From: an uncultured Gammaproteobacteria bacterium
Lineage (GTDB): Bacteria > Pseudomonadota > Gammaproteobacteria > Chromatiales > Chromatiaceae
Assembly: GCA_963698495.1 (NCBI GenBank)
Contig: CAVORB010000020.1
Span: 85,789-149,788 of the forward strand
Direction: 5' to 3'
Length of the DNA stretch: 64,000 nt
The translations under genes were made by a program, and so were the position numbers. This document shows, one piece after another, positions 51,753-61,895 of this stretch; positions within the stretch are counted from its first letter, which is position 1; the number at the start of each line of letters is the position of its first letter. Under the pieces are notes generated by a model. It was given only the letters and a program-made list of their open reading frames with translations, was not told the DNA's origin and did not search any database.

Positions 51753-53081
51753 TCAATACCCTTGAGCCGTTAAATCCAGGCGATCCGGATAAGCCGTTAT
51801 GCGCTCGACGCCGGTGCTGATGCGGCCGTCAGGGTAGAGCTCAAACCAACGGAAACCAGGCGTGCGCGGATCAAGCGCAAAGAGATCGCTGCGAGGCTTG
51901 AACTGGATGCAGGTGGACGGAGCGGCCAGAAGCAGTACGTCCCTGCGAAAGGCCCGATAGTCCTGATGCACATGGCCGAACACAATGCCGCGCACCTGCG
52001 GGTGGCGGTCGATGATGGCGAAGAACTCCGCCGCGTTGTCCAACGCCATACTGTCGAGCCAGGCACTGCCGACGCGCACGGGCTGGTGGTGCAGGCAGAT
52101 CAGTGTATGGGTCTGCCGCCGCGCACGGAGTGTTTCCTCCAGCTCGTCGAGCTGGTCCCGATGCAGGTGACCGCGTTCCGATCCGGGCACCGAGGAGTCG
52201 AGGAAGACGATGTTCCACCCGCCGCAGTCGACGGACGATGCGAAGCTGATGCCGCTGCCCCCAAGCGTGTCGGCGAGGATACGCAACCGGTCATGGTTTC
52301 CGAGCAGGCAACTACATGGGGTATCCAGATCGGCGATGCGCTGCTTGAGGTACTGGTAGCCCTCCCGGTGATCGTCATGGACCAGGTCCCCGGTCATGAC
52401 GATCCGGTCCACCGGCCAGAACCGCGCAAACACCAGGTCCAGCACCAACTCAAAGGTTTTGCGCGTATTCTGACCCAGGAGGCGGCCGCCAGGATCGGCG
52501 AACAGGTGCGTGTCGGTCAGTTGCAGCAGGCGCACGACCTCGGTCCCGAGGTCAGCCGAAGCCGGGCGGGCATGAGACCGTCCGCGATAGCCGGCGCGGA
52601 CGCCACCGGAACCCCTTGCGAGCCGCGCAGCAGGGATCAACTGATTTCCCGCAAGCGGGGCGCCCGCCGTCAGCGCCCTCTGAAATCTAGCAGGCGGACG
52701 CTTGCTGTCGACTTGGCGCTGCACCGCGATCGGAAGCGTCAGGAAACCGGCACTGTCTTTGGTCAGGTACTCATCCGGGGCCACTGCCGTTTCCCGGGAT
52801 GACAGGGCCCTGCCGCCCTCGTCCGAGAACATGATGGTCTTACAATTCGGGGAGACCCGTTGCAACATCCTGAGGATGTCCGATCCGGCCGCCCAGCTCA
52901 ATCGCGGCGCAACGATGGCGGCGTCGAAATGAAGCCTGGCCAGTCCCTCTGCCAGCGCGGTGGGGGTGTCGATCCCGACGATCTCAGCGTCGGGCATTTG
53001 ATCCTTGAGCACGAGTTCTACGAGTCGGCGGTCGGCGAGGGCCTCGTCAACGACCAGTATCTGGATTGGATCATGCGTCAT
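51753..53081 (-). CDS. Receiver-like domain fused to a CpdA-type cyclic-nucleotide phosphodiesterase (metallophosphoesterase)
   Basis: C-terminal half has LLQLTDTHLF, MTGDLVHDD, GNHD and GHVHQDY. The N-terminal REC-like fold has Ala where the phosphoacceptor Asp is expected (FDAAIVAPRLSW). Confidence 0.8.
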   Translation of the reverse strand: MTHDPIQILVVDEALADRRLVELVLKDQMPDAEIVGIDTPTALAEGLARLHFDAAIVAPRLSWAAGSDILRMLQRVSPNCKTIMFSDEGGRALSSRETAVAPDEYLTKDSAGFLTLPIAVQRQVDSKRPPARFQRALTAGAPLAGNQLIPAARLARGSGGVRAGYRGRSHARPASADLGTEVVRLLQLTDTHLFADPGGRLLGQNTRKTFELVLDLVFARFWPVDRIVMTGDLVHDDHREGYQYLKQRIADLDTPCSCLLGNHDRLRILADTLGGSGISFASSVDCGGWNIVFLDSSVPGSERGHLHRDQLDELEETLRARRQTHTLICLHHQPVRVGSAWLDSMALDNAAEFFAIIDRHPQVRGIVFGHVHQDYRAFRRDVLLLAAPSTCIQFKPRSDLFALDPRTPGFRWFELYPDGRISTGVERITAYPDRLDLTAQGY

Positions 53082-53827
53082 TGCACAGTGCCGCCACTAC
53101 CACTGCCAGCCTCCCCTTGGCGCATACATGAAGGACCCACCAATTGAAGGGAGAACAGAATTTGCCCCAAATACCCGAAAAACCCGGCCGTGAGAAAGTC
53201 CTATCCGTTGTCGCCTGGACGATCCGGTTTATCGCCCCGGCTGCCCAAAACGGTCGGGCAACGCTTTTCAGCATCAATGGATGATTTGCAATTCCGATGC
53301 CAGGTTTAAATATTCTTTATTTCAGATAGTTATGCGTTACCTCCCTTGCCATCCGCATGGAATATTGTCGGTTGCCAATGACGTTTTGTTCTCAGAGCGC
53401 CTTCCGGTTTGGCCAAGGGCTACGTTGCGGGGAGGAAGAGAATCCCGGGCGCGCAGTGAAGGCTGTGGAACTGATCGCAGGTCTTCGCGGACCTTGCCTG
53501 CAGAGGTCGCGGTTTGCTCAGGAAGGGAGATACGTCTGCCGGTCACCAAGACCAGCCCAGATCAGCAGAGGATTTCGAACGATGTTGGCGACAAGCCGAT
53601 CCCTATGGTCGGGCGTTGCGGAAACGAACACCATCTCCCATCCGTCCGGATGGTCTCCAACGGATCGGCGGGAAACGCTAACGGCCACCTCCGGGAGCCG
53701 CCGAGTCGAGTCGACCGCAAGGGCCTTCTCATCGTCCGTGTTCGAGGCCCGTCTCGACGGTGAGGTGTGCTACCTCATCGCCCGGAGTGAGCCTCGGAGA
53801 GACCCTCGAGATCGCCCGCACGACGAT

Positions 53828-55273
53828 TCAGGACTCCACCGTCAGAACCCGGATCAGGTCCGTCCCCCCCGCGGTCTGGGTGTGACCAGAGGTTGCGACC
53901 AGGATGTCGCCGGGGTGCACGAGATCCCGCGCCCTCGCCTTCTCGATGGCGAAGGCGAACTTGGCGTCGTCCGAGAGCCCGGCCTGGTAGAGGACGGGAA
54001 TCACGCCCCAGTTCATGGACAGGCGGCGTGCCACCTTGAGGGACGCGGTGACGGCCAGGATCGGGCATTCGGGACGGTGCTTGGAGATCAGCCGCGAGGT
54101 GAAGCCGGTCTCGGTCAGGCTGATGATGGCGGCGGCTCCGAGCTGATCGGCCATGCGCACTGCGGATTGACTGACCGACTCGGTGATCACGTTGGAGGGG
54201 TGCGGCAGGATGCGCTGCAGATACCCGTACTCGCGCAGAGAGGCCTCGGCGCGGATGGCCAGCTCGGCCATGGTCTTGACCGATTCCACCGGATAGGCGC
54301 CGGCCGCCGTCTCGCCCGAGAGCATGACCGCTGAGCTGCCGTCCAGGATGGCGTTGGCGACGTCGCTCGCCTCGGCGCGGGTGGGCTTGGGGTTGCGCTC
54401 CATGGAGGCCAGCATCTGGGTCGCCGTGATCGCGGGCTTGCCGTTGGTGACGGTGGTGCGGATGATTTTCTTCTGGGTGCTGGGGACGTCCGCCATCGGC
54501 AGCTCGACGCCGAGATCCCCCCTGGCCACCATGACCCCATCCGCGGCGAGGACGATGGACTCCAGGTTCTCCACCCCGGCGCGGTTCTCGATCTTGGCGA
54601 TGATGGGGATCTCGACCCCGCGCTCCAGCAGGATCTCCCGCATCCGGTTGACGTCGTCGGCGCTCTGCACGAAGGAGGCGGCGATGTACTCGACGTCGTT
54701 TTCGGCGGCGAAGGTCAGCTCACGCGCCACGTCTTCGCGGTTCTCCGGGTCCACCGCGGTGACCGACAGTCGCGTGTCCGGCAGGTTCACGCCCTTGTTC
54801 TCGCGTAGGGTGCCGCCGACGACCACCCGGCAGCGCACGGCACGCTCGCCCAGGGACTGTACCGTGAGCTCCATGGCCCCGTCATCCAGCAGGATGGTAT
54901 CCCCCGGGTTCACTTCCTGGGCCAGCCGCTGATAGGAGACCGAGACGCCGAGCGCGTCGCCCGGACGGTTGTCGGTATAGAGACTGAATGGCTCGCCGCA
55001 CACCAGCTCCACCGAACCCTCGGCGATGCGCCCCGTGCGGATCTCGATGCCGCGCGTGTCGATCATGATCGCGACCTGGACGCCGACCTGCTCCGCGGCA
55101 GCGCGGATACGCTCCAGGCGCTGCTTGTGCTCGCCGAAGGTGCCGTGGGAGAGGTTCAGGCGAGCCACGTTCATGCCGGCTTGCATCATGGCCGCCAGGG
55201 TTTCTGGCGAGTCCGACGCGGGACCGACGGTGGCGACGATCTTGGTCTTACGGATGCGGGCGCGTTGTGACAT
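53828..55273 (-). CDS. pyk: Pyruvate kinase
   Basis: KIVATVGPAS, NVARLNLSHG and MVARGDLGVE. Intact at 481 aa. Confidence 0.95.
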   Translation of the reverse strand: MSQRARIRKTKIVATVGPASDSPETLAAMMQAGMNVARLNLSHGTFGEHKQRLERIRAAAEQVGVQVAIMIDTRGIEIRTGRIAEGSVELVCGEPFSLYTDNRPGDALGVSVSYQRLAQEVNPGDTILLDDGAMELTVQSLGERAVRCRVVVGGTLRENKGVNLPDTRLSVTAVDPENREDVARELTFAAENDVEYIAASFVQSADDVNRMREILLERGVEIPIIAKIENRAGVENLESIVLAADGVMVARGDLGVELPMADVPSTQKKIIRTTVTNGKPAITATQMLASMERNPKPTRAEASDVANAILDGSSAVMLSGETAAGAYPVESVKTMAELAIRAEASLREYGYLQRILPHPSNVITESVSQSAVRMADQLGAAAIISLTETGFTSRLISKHRPECPILAVTASLKVARRLSMNWGVIPVLYQAGLSDDAKFAFAIEKARARDLVHPGDILVATSGHTQTAGGTDLIRVLTVES

Positions 55274-55640
55274 CGAGATTTAATTCCAAGTCAGGGGGGT
55301 GGGTCGGGTCCCGCGACCGGGGCGCCTCCGAGCTCAGCGCGACCCCGGTCGACAGCGAGCGCATCGAACCGCGCTGCACACCAGAGTACGGGGCGCCCTG
55401 AGCCCGCGCAAGCAAGCGTGGAATCCCATCCTAAATGACCTGAAAGATCCGAGGCACGCCGAATCCCCGCAAAGGCGACACCCTGCCCGAGGTAGCGCCT
55501 TCCGCATCGACGTTGCGACGAAACATTGCTTTACTTGGCGTCTGCCGCCGTGCGGGGGGAAGGCCAACCACCCCGGCGCCGCATCCGGGCCAGCGATCGT
55601 GAATGGCGGGCAAGCAGCGATCGAAGAAGATTCATCAGAC

Positions 55641-56634
55641 ATGCGTATCGTCGAGATCATCACGGACAAGGGCAACGCGGACACCCTCGCTGGCATCGCC
55701 GAGCATTTCGAGGCGAGCGACTTCTGGTCGTGCGGCGAAGACGAGGATGGCCGGCGGAGCTTCCGCATGCTGGTCCGCGACGAGTCCAGCCAGGGATTGG
55801 TGGACGCGCTGCAGACACTGCTGGGCGCCACCGAGGGGTACCGCATCATCATTCTACCGGTCGACGCGGCACTGCCCCGGCCCGACGAAGAGCAGGACGA
55901 GGAGAGCAGGCGACGCCGCGCGACCGCAGCCACGCGGGAAGAGCTCTACGACGAGATCGAGCGCGGCGCGAAGCTGGACAGCACCTTCCTGCTCTTGACC
56001 TTCCTCTCCACCGTGGTGGCCGCCATCGGACTCGTGGAGGACAGCGTCGCCGTGGTCGTGGGCGCCATGGTGATCGCCCCGCTGCTGGGTCCGAACATCG
56101 CCCTGGCCTTCGCCACCTCCCTCGGGGACCGCCGGCTCATGTGGCAAGCGCTCAGGACCAACCTGACCGGGCTGCTCCTTGCCTTCGGCCTGTCCCTGAT
56201 CATCGGGTTCATCTGGCCGGTCAACCTCGCCAGCCAAGAGATCATGGCACGCACCGACGTGGGTATGGACGGCGTCGCTCTTGCGTTGGCATCCGGCGCC
56301 GCGGCCGTGATTTCGCTCACCACGGGACTGTCCGCGACCCTGGTCGGCGTGATGGTGGCCGTCGCCCTGCTCCCGCCCACGGCGACGCTGGGCATGCTGA
56401 TCGGCAGCGGTCAGGTCGAGCTGGCGACGGGGGCGGCGCTCCTGTTGGCGGTCAACATCGTCTGCGTCCTGCTCGCCGCCAAGGTCGTGTTCCTGGTGAA
56501 GGGCGTCAAAGCCCCGGACCTGGATGGAACGCAACCGCGCCAAGCAGTCCATGACCGTCTACATCGCGTTGTGGACAATCCTGCTGCTGATCCTGATCGG
56601 GGTGATTCTGCTGCGCGGGTCCCTACTCGCGTGA
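55641..56634 (+). pseudogene. TIGR00341/DUF389 family membrane protein with a 3'-proximal frameshift near 56510
   Basis: The main frame is credible to FLVKGVK. The expected tail PRTWMERNRAKQSMTVYIALWTILLLILIGVILLRGSLLA-stop is in the next frame. The original frame reads through into Arg/Pro-rich sequence. Confidence 0.75.
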
Positions 56635-56652
56635 TGCAGCCGCGACGGGTCG

Positions 56653-58524
56653 TCAGGGTGAGTTATCGCGGTAGGTGCGCGGCGGCACGGGCTCGCCGAA
56701 GAGCACGGCGGTGTGGATCAGCAGACGTTCCACGGGACTCAGGCTCGCCCTTTCGGCGACGACCTTTCGCGCCATCTCCGGCTCGTCCGTGATGATGCCG
56801 TCCACGCCGATGGACATCATGCGCGACATCGACACCGGGTCGTTCACGGTCCACACGAACACCCGCTTGCCGGCGGTTCGGGCCTTGCGGACGAAACCCG
56901 GCGTGGCCATGCCCATGTTGACGGCCAGAAAATCGGCGTCGAGGCGGGTCAGGTCGCCCACCGCGGTGGCCGAGAGCAGTCCGATGGTCCAGTCCGGGCG
57001 CAGCGCGCGAATCTTCTGGATAGCCGGGTACTCGAGCGACATGACGGCGACCGCGGAGACCATGTCCGCCTCCTCGACGATCTCCACCACCCGCCGCTCC
57101 AAGTCCCTGTCGTAGCCGTAGTACTTGAGCTCGATGACGACCCTCGATCTGCCGCGCACGCTCTCGAGCACCTCGCGCAGCGTCGGCACGCGCTCGGCGG
57201 CGAAGGCGGGGTCGAACCAGCTCCCCACATCGATGGTGCCGATCTGGTCAAGCGTGCCATCCCAAACCTTGAGGTCGACCCCGGCCAGCTTCATGAAGTC
57301 GCTGTCGTGAATGACCACCACCTCGTCGTCGGCGGATTCCTGCACGTCGATCTCGACCCAGTCGGCACCGTCCTCGATCGCCTGACGGACCGAGGCCAAG
57401 GTGTTCTCGGGTGCCTTTCCCGCGGCGCCGCGGTGGGCGACGATGGTGATGTCGTCGCGTACCTCGACGCCTTGAACCAGCCAGGCGCCCGTCAGCGCAG
57501 AAATGACGGTAGCTGCGAGCAGGAGCATGGCCAGGCGCGGCGGGGTCCCTATCGCGCCGGGGATGCGAACGGAGGGAGGCCGCTGCGCACGCTCGGCGAC
57601 CTCGAAACCGGGCGCCATCCGCTCGGCCAAGACGACGGTGGCGAGGGCGAATGTCCCCAGGCTGAATGCGCTGACCAGCAGGTTCGCGACGAACCAGACG
57701 GCGGCCAGTCCGCCGAGGACGATCACCAGTATCGCCAGCGACTCGGAAAACAACGGGACGATCCAGCCACCCAGCCCCCGAAGAACGCCCAGCACCAGTG
57801 CGCTCATTACAAAGACGGCGAGCGCCCAGAGGGCGACGACCCGCAGGATCAAGCGTCGCCTGCCCGCCGTGAGACGCTCGCTCTCGCCGAACGAGCGCGC
57901 CGGGGACACGTCGAGGAACAGAACCAGCGGCAGTGCCAGCGACCACGCGATGAGCTTGCGCACGGCCAGCGTCAGCATCACGGCGAGCAGCAGGCCAATG
58001 ATCGCAGCCGCGATCCAGAGCTCCGATGGGCGCGTCTGGAGGTAATAGTTGATGTCGTAATCCGTGATCAGCAGCCATGCGACGGCGGCGCCGGCGAGCA
58101 GGAAGGGCGCGGCAAGCAGCAGCAGCCGCGCGACCAAGCGGACCGCGAACGCAAGGATGCGATGCGCGCGTCCGGCGGCGAATGCGAGGGCGCTGAGGAC
58201 GCGACTGCGCGGGCCCGAGGGAAGATTGGCGCCAATGGCCATCATCGAGGCCTGTTCGAGCGCCATGATGGCGATGAGCACCGCGGCAACCAAGATCAGG
58301 GATACCATCCCCAGCGGCGTCAGCACGAAGTAGGCGATATCCTGGTCCGCGAGCACGGCACGACCGGAGAGGCCGATCAGCAGGCGGATCAGTACGCCCG
58401 TCAGCGGCGCGAGCAGCAGCACGCCGAGAGCGGCGTAGGCGAGATGGATGAGGAAAAGCGGCCGCCAGGTCGCCGACAGGCACCCGAGCACGGCCTTCCA
58501 GACCTGAGCGACGCTGTGTTTCAT
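56653..58524 (-). CDS. Multi-TM protein with C-terminal glycerophosphodiester phosphodiesterase (GDPD) domain
   Basis: About 330 aa of TM helices, then IVAHRGAAGKAPENTL...WVEIDVQ...VVIHD. Confidence 0.85.
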   Translation of the reverse strand: MKHSVAQVWKAVLGCLSATWRPLFLIHLAYAALGVLLLAPLTGVLIRLLIGLSGRAVLADQDIAYFVLTPLGMVSLILVAAVLIAIMALEQASMMAIGANLPSGPRSRVLSALAFAAGRAHRILAFAVRLVARLLLLAAPFLLAGAAVAWLLITDYDINYYLQTRPSELWIAAAIIGLLLAVMLTLAVRKLIAWSLALPLVLFLDVSPARSFGESERLTAGRRRLILRVVALWALAVFVMSALVLGVLRGLGGWIVPLFSESLAILVIVLGGLAAVWFVANLLVSAFSLGTFALATVVLAERMAPGFEVAERAQRPPSVRIPGAIGTPPRLAMLLLAATVISALTGAWLVQGVEVRDDITIVAHRGAAGKAPENTLASVRQAIEDGADWVEIDVQESADDEVVVIHDSDFMKLAGVDLKVWDGTLDQIGTIDVGSWFDPAFAAERVPTLREVLESVRGRSRVVIELKYYGYDRDLERRVVEIVEEADMVSAVAVMSLEYPAIQKIRALRPDWTIGLLSATAVGDLTRLDADFLAVNMGMATPGFVRKARTAGKRVFVWTVNDPVSMSRMMSIGVDGIITDEPEMARKVVAERASLSPVERLLIHTAVLFGEPVPPRTYRDNSP

Positions 58525-58560
58525 GCCCCTCTCTTACAAAGACGGTGATCATTGGCCATT

Positions 58561-58684
58561 CTCGCCAAAATCAGCACGCCACCCCAGAAGCGTGGTTCTT
58601 GGATAGCTTCATTTTCAAATGCTTACGCGCTTGAACATGGCGTCACATCCCTGTGCCGCGGCAAGCGCTGAATGGATCAGCGCT
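58561..58684. repeat. Dispersed intergenic repeat, copy B (weaker similarity spans 58536-58700)
   Basis: About 90% identical to 17944-18067 in the same orientation. Hairpin AGCGCTGA-ATGGA-TCAGCGCT lies at 58664-58684. Confidence 0.85.
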
Positions 58685-58805
58685 TAGAATGCCCGTCCCC
58701 GCACGGGACCTTACGCGACGGATCTCGCAATTGCCAGGGAAGGACCTTGGCGGCGGCGCCGCGCCCCATCGACCTATCCAGCCGGCGACACCGCGCTGCT
58801 TCAGC

Positions 58806-60509
58806 TTACCGCTCGGGCAGACCGGCCTTTCTCAGCGCAGCCAGGATGTTCGCCAACGCTCGCGGATCCTTGAAAGGGAACGCAAACTCCAAGCGAGTGA
58901 TCGCCAGGTCGGGGCTCGCGACGATCAGCTCGGCGGCCTCCCATTCGGCCATATCTTCCATTCCGGCCCTGGCGAGGGCCGCCGCGTTCCACATGCGTGC
59001 CCGCAGGTAGCCCGGATTGACCGCGAGCACCCGTTGGAACGTAGACGCCGAGTCTTCGTACCTGTCTTGCACGAAGCGTATCTCGCCCAGGATTTCGAGA
59101 TAAGAGGCCGGCGGCCTGGGGTTCAGCCGCATCGCGCGCTCCAACGCCGACAGGGCCTTGCCGGGACGCCCCGCATAATTGAGGGTCCAGGCAAGCAAGG
59201 CATGAGCATCCGCGTAGTTGGGATCGACCTCGATCGCGCGTTCGGCGGCCGCAATGGCCTCTGCATGCCGGCCCTGGAACAGCCTGACTTGGCCCAGGAC
59301 GAAGTACGCCTGAGGTAGCGCGGGATCCATGCCCGTAGCCTGTTCCGCAAGGTCAGCGGCCAGTTCAAGGGACCGTGTGGGAGTGTCCGTCCAACCGTCG
59401 ATCGCTTCGCGGGAGTAGGTCAAGGCCAGCCCCGTGTAGGCCCGTGCGAAGGCCGGATCGAGCGTGATCGCTTGCTCGAAAAGATCTCTTGCAGACAGAT
59501 TCTGCGCCTCGGTGCGGCCCCCGTGTTCCTCGAGCCCGCGCAGATAAAGGTCGTAGGCAGCGACGCTCGCTGTCGGCCGGGTGGTGAGATACGCCTGTTC
59601 GGCGGGGGCGATCTCCACCTTGAGCGCGGCGATGACCGCCGCCGTGAGCCTGTCCTGTATGTCGAACACGTCGCTCAATGCCCCGGAGTAGCGTTCGCCC
59701 CAGACCGCCCGCTCGGACCCTGCCTCGATGAGCTGGACATTGATCCGCAGGGTGTTGTCGCGCCGCTGGACGCTGCCCACGACCAAGTAATTGACGTCCA
59801 GTTCGGCGGAGATCTGTCGTGGTTCCGTGTTTCCGTTCTGGTAGGCGAATGCCGTTCCCGGCGCAATGACCAACAGGCCCTGCACCTTCGAAAGGTCCGT
59901 AATCAGATCCGCCGTGATACCGTTGGCGAAATAGTTCTCGTCCGGGGCGGCGCCCAGGTTCGCGAATGGGGCGACGGCCACAGCGGGCTTGCCGGCAAAG
60001 GCTGCGGGCAACATGGGTTGAATCCAGTCCCGCTCCAGAGCGCTCCAGGCCGCGAGCAACAGGAGTAGGACGCCGAGGCTCCCGGCTAACCAGGCCACAC
60101 GCGGTCTCCGGTGCCGGCGCTTGGTCGCGCCGGACGGAATCGAGGCGGCCGCGGCCCGCTCGACCACCTCGTCGATATGCGTCACCTCGGCAATCAACCT
60201 ATAGCCGCTCTTGGGAACCGTCTCGATCACCCGCGGGTCGTGCGCGTCGTCCCCGAACACCCGCCGCAGCTTCGCGATCGCCTTGGTGACGGAATCCTCG
60301 GTGACGACCCTCCCCGGCCAGAGCTGCTCCTCCAATTCGGCACGGCTCACCACGCGCCCGGCGTGCTCGGCCAGGTACAGCAGCACCAGCATGACCTTGG
60401 CCTCAAGCCGCGCCTCGTCACCGCCGATCGTCACGCGGAGGCTTGCGGGCTCCACTCCGTAGTCAGCGACCCGGAACGGGGTTGTCTGGGTCAGCAACCG
60501 TTCGGTCAC
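58806..60509 (-). CDS. CadC/ToxR-type membrane-anchored winged-helix regulator with periplasmic TPR domain
   Basis: The OmpR/PhoB-type DNA-binding domain has LEAKVMLVLLYLAEHAGRVVSRAELEEQLW...ETVPKSGYRL. One TM (WLAGSLGVLLLLLAAW) and C-terminal TPR repeats. Confidence 0.8.
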   Translation of the reverse strand: MTERLLTQTTPFRVADYGVEPASLRVTIGGDEARLEAKVMLVLLYLAEHAGRVVSRAELEEQLWPGRVVTEDSVTKAIAKLRRVFGDDAHDPRVIETVPKSGYRLIAEVTHIDEVVERAAAASIPSGATKRRHRRPRVAWLAGSLGVLLLLLAAWSALERDWIQPMLPAAFAGKPAVAVAPFANLGAAPDENYFANGITADLITDLSKVQGLLVIAPGTAFAYQNGNTEPRQISAELDVNYLVVGSVQRRDNTLRINVQLIEAGSERAVWGERYSGALSDVFDIQDRLTAAVIAALKVEIAPAEQAYLTTRPTASVAAYDLYLRGLEEHGGRTEAQNLSARDLFEQAITLDPAFARAYTGLALTYSREAIDGWTDTPTRSLELAADLAEQATGMDPALPQAYFVLGQVRLFQGRHAEAIAAAERAIEVDPNYADAHALLAWTLNYAGRPGKALSALERAMRLNPRPPASYLEILGEIRFVQDRYEDSASTFQRVLAVNPGYLRARMWNAAALARAGMEDMAEWEAAELIVASPDLAITRLEFAFPFKDPRALANILAALRKAGLPER

Positions 60510-60745
60510 TGGTGCCGTTCCTCCTCACAGGATGAGGTGACTGATCGACACGACTTGAGCGCGTCGGGAAATCTTCGGGAAAACACCGCCGTTCCATCGG
60601 CACCCTTTTTGAGCATAGCGCTATCTTCTGAAGCGACAACGCCCGGAACCACCCGCTACGGCCGTTCCAGGACACGATGACCGGGGCGCAACGCGAGACA
60701 AGGTTGGCGCCCATCGCATCGGCACCAAGACCGGAGAAAAGAAAG

Positions 60746-61144
60746 ATGAAGCACCTCAACACCAGGATTCCCATCGCCGCATTGACACTCGCCGCAGCCA
60801 CGACCTTCGCGCAAGAGCCGCCGCGGTTCTACCAGGACACCTACCCCGCCCATGCCCTCAAGAGCAGGCTGGAGGCCGAGAGCGTGCTGGTGGGGGACGA
60901 GGCGAAGCTCGACGCCAAAACGCGCGAGCTCATCGCCCTGGCGGTCGCTGCCCAGATTCCCTGCGCCTATTGCGTCTACGTGCATGACAAGAAGGCGCGG
61001 GCGGAGGGCGCCAGCGAGGCCGAGGTGCGTGAGGCGGTGGCGACGTCCGCCCACGTGCGCCACTGGAGCACGGTACTCAACGGCATGGCCTACGACTTCG
61101 ACGCCTTCAAGATCGAAGTCGACGCCATGCCGTCTTCGAACTGA
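60746..61144 (+). CDS. Exported carboxymuconolactone decarboxylase/AhpD-like protein
   Basis: Signal peptide MKHLNTRIPIAALTLAAATTFA and AhpD-core CxxC (IPCAYCVYVH). Confidence 0.75.
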   Translation: MKHLNTRIPIAALTLAAATTFAQEPPRFYQDTYPAHALKSRLEAESVLVGDEAKLDAKTRELIALAVAAQIPCAYCVYVHDKKARAEGASEAEVREAVATSAHVRHWSTVLNGMAYDFDAFKIEVDAMPSSN

Positions 61145-61308
61145 GCGGGTGACTGACCGCCGGCCCATGTCGTCTCGACTTCTGCGGCCGCCGTCGTGCG
61201 GCCGACGAGACCTTGAACCCCGAGCGCCGGCCCGACGGCCACGGCGGTCAGTAACACCATCCCTCGCGGATAGATCGAACCCTGGAAACCGGGGTGGAGG
61301 ACGGAAAC

Positions 61309-61752
61309 ATGAACATGAGACCGCTGGCGATACTCTCGCTGCTGGCCCTGCCCTTGTTGGGAATCTCCTCGCCCGTCTCGTCGGAAGAGTCCGAAGATAC
61401 CTGGGAGAAGGTGGTCTTTCACCTGGATGAGACCGCCAACGCACGCTGGGCGCTGATGCTCGCGCGCTCGTACCTGGACGATAGTCCGAAGGCAAAGATC
61501 GTCATCGTCGCCTATGGCCCCGGAATCGACTTCCTGCTCGACGACGCAGCAGACAAACGCGGCAATCCCTATGACCACGCAGTTCTGACCCTTGCGGAAC
61601 GAGGGGTGGACTTTCGCGCCTGCGCGGCGACGCTCGAAGCGCGGAGCATCGCCAGGGAAGATCTGCTCGACGCCGTGACCATCGTGCCCTCCGGCATCTC
61701 CGAGATCGCCAGGCTCCAGTTGAAGGAGGGTTACGCGTACCTCAAGCCCTGA
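61309..61752 (+). CDS. Exported DsrE/DsrF-like (COG1416-type) protein
   Basis: SD GGAGGA and signal MNMRPLAILSLLALPLLG. KVVFHLDE...IVIVAYGPGIDFL...GVDFRACAATL...VPSGISEIARLQLKEGYAYLKP. Confidence 0.7.
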   Translation: MNMRPLAILSLLALPLLGISSPVSSEESEDTWEKVVFHLDETANARWALMLARSYLDDSPKAKIVIVAYGPGIDFLLDDAADKRGNPYDHAVLTLAERGVDFRACAATLEARSIAREDLLDAVTIVPSGISEIARLQLKEGYAYLKP

Positions 61753-61895
61753 CGGGTATGGCGGCGCGAGGAATCGGACCACGCCACCGCACGTATCTCG
61801 GCGACCCGTATCGGCGGTCCAGACCAAAAAGGTACCCGGCCCGCCAGGTAGCCTGAGCAAGAGGCAGGCTCATTGTTCTCACACGGAGGCCCCTG

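Noticed and set aside
56713-58548. 611-aa plus-strand ORF (and the 434-aa minus-strand ORF 57248-58552 in another frame)
   Set aside because: Both overlap the GDPD membrane protein gene, whose frame has clear TM helices and GDPD motifs. The alternatives are Arg/Gly/Asp-rich shadow ORFs.
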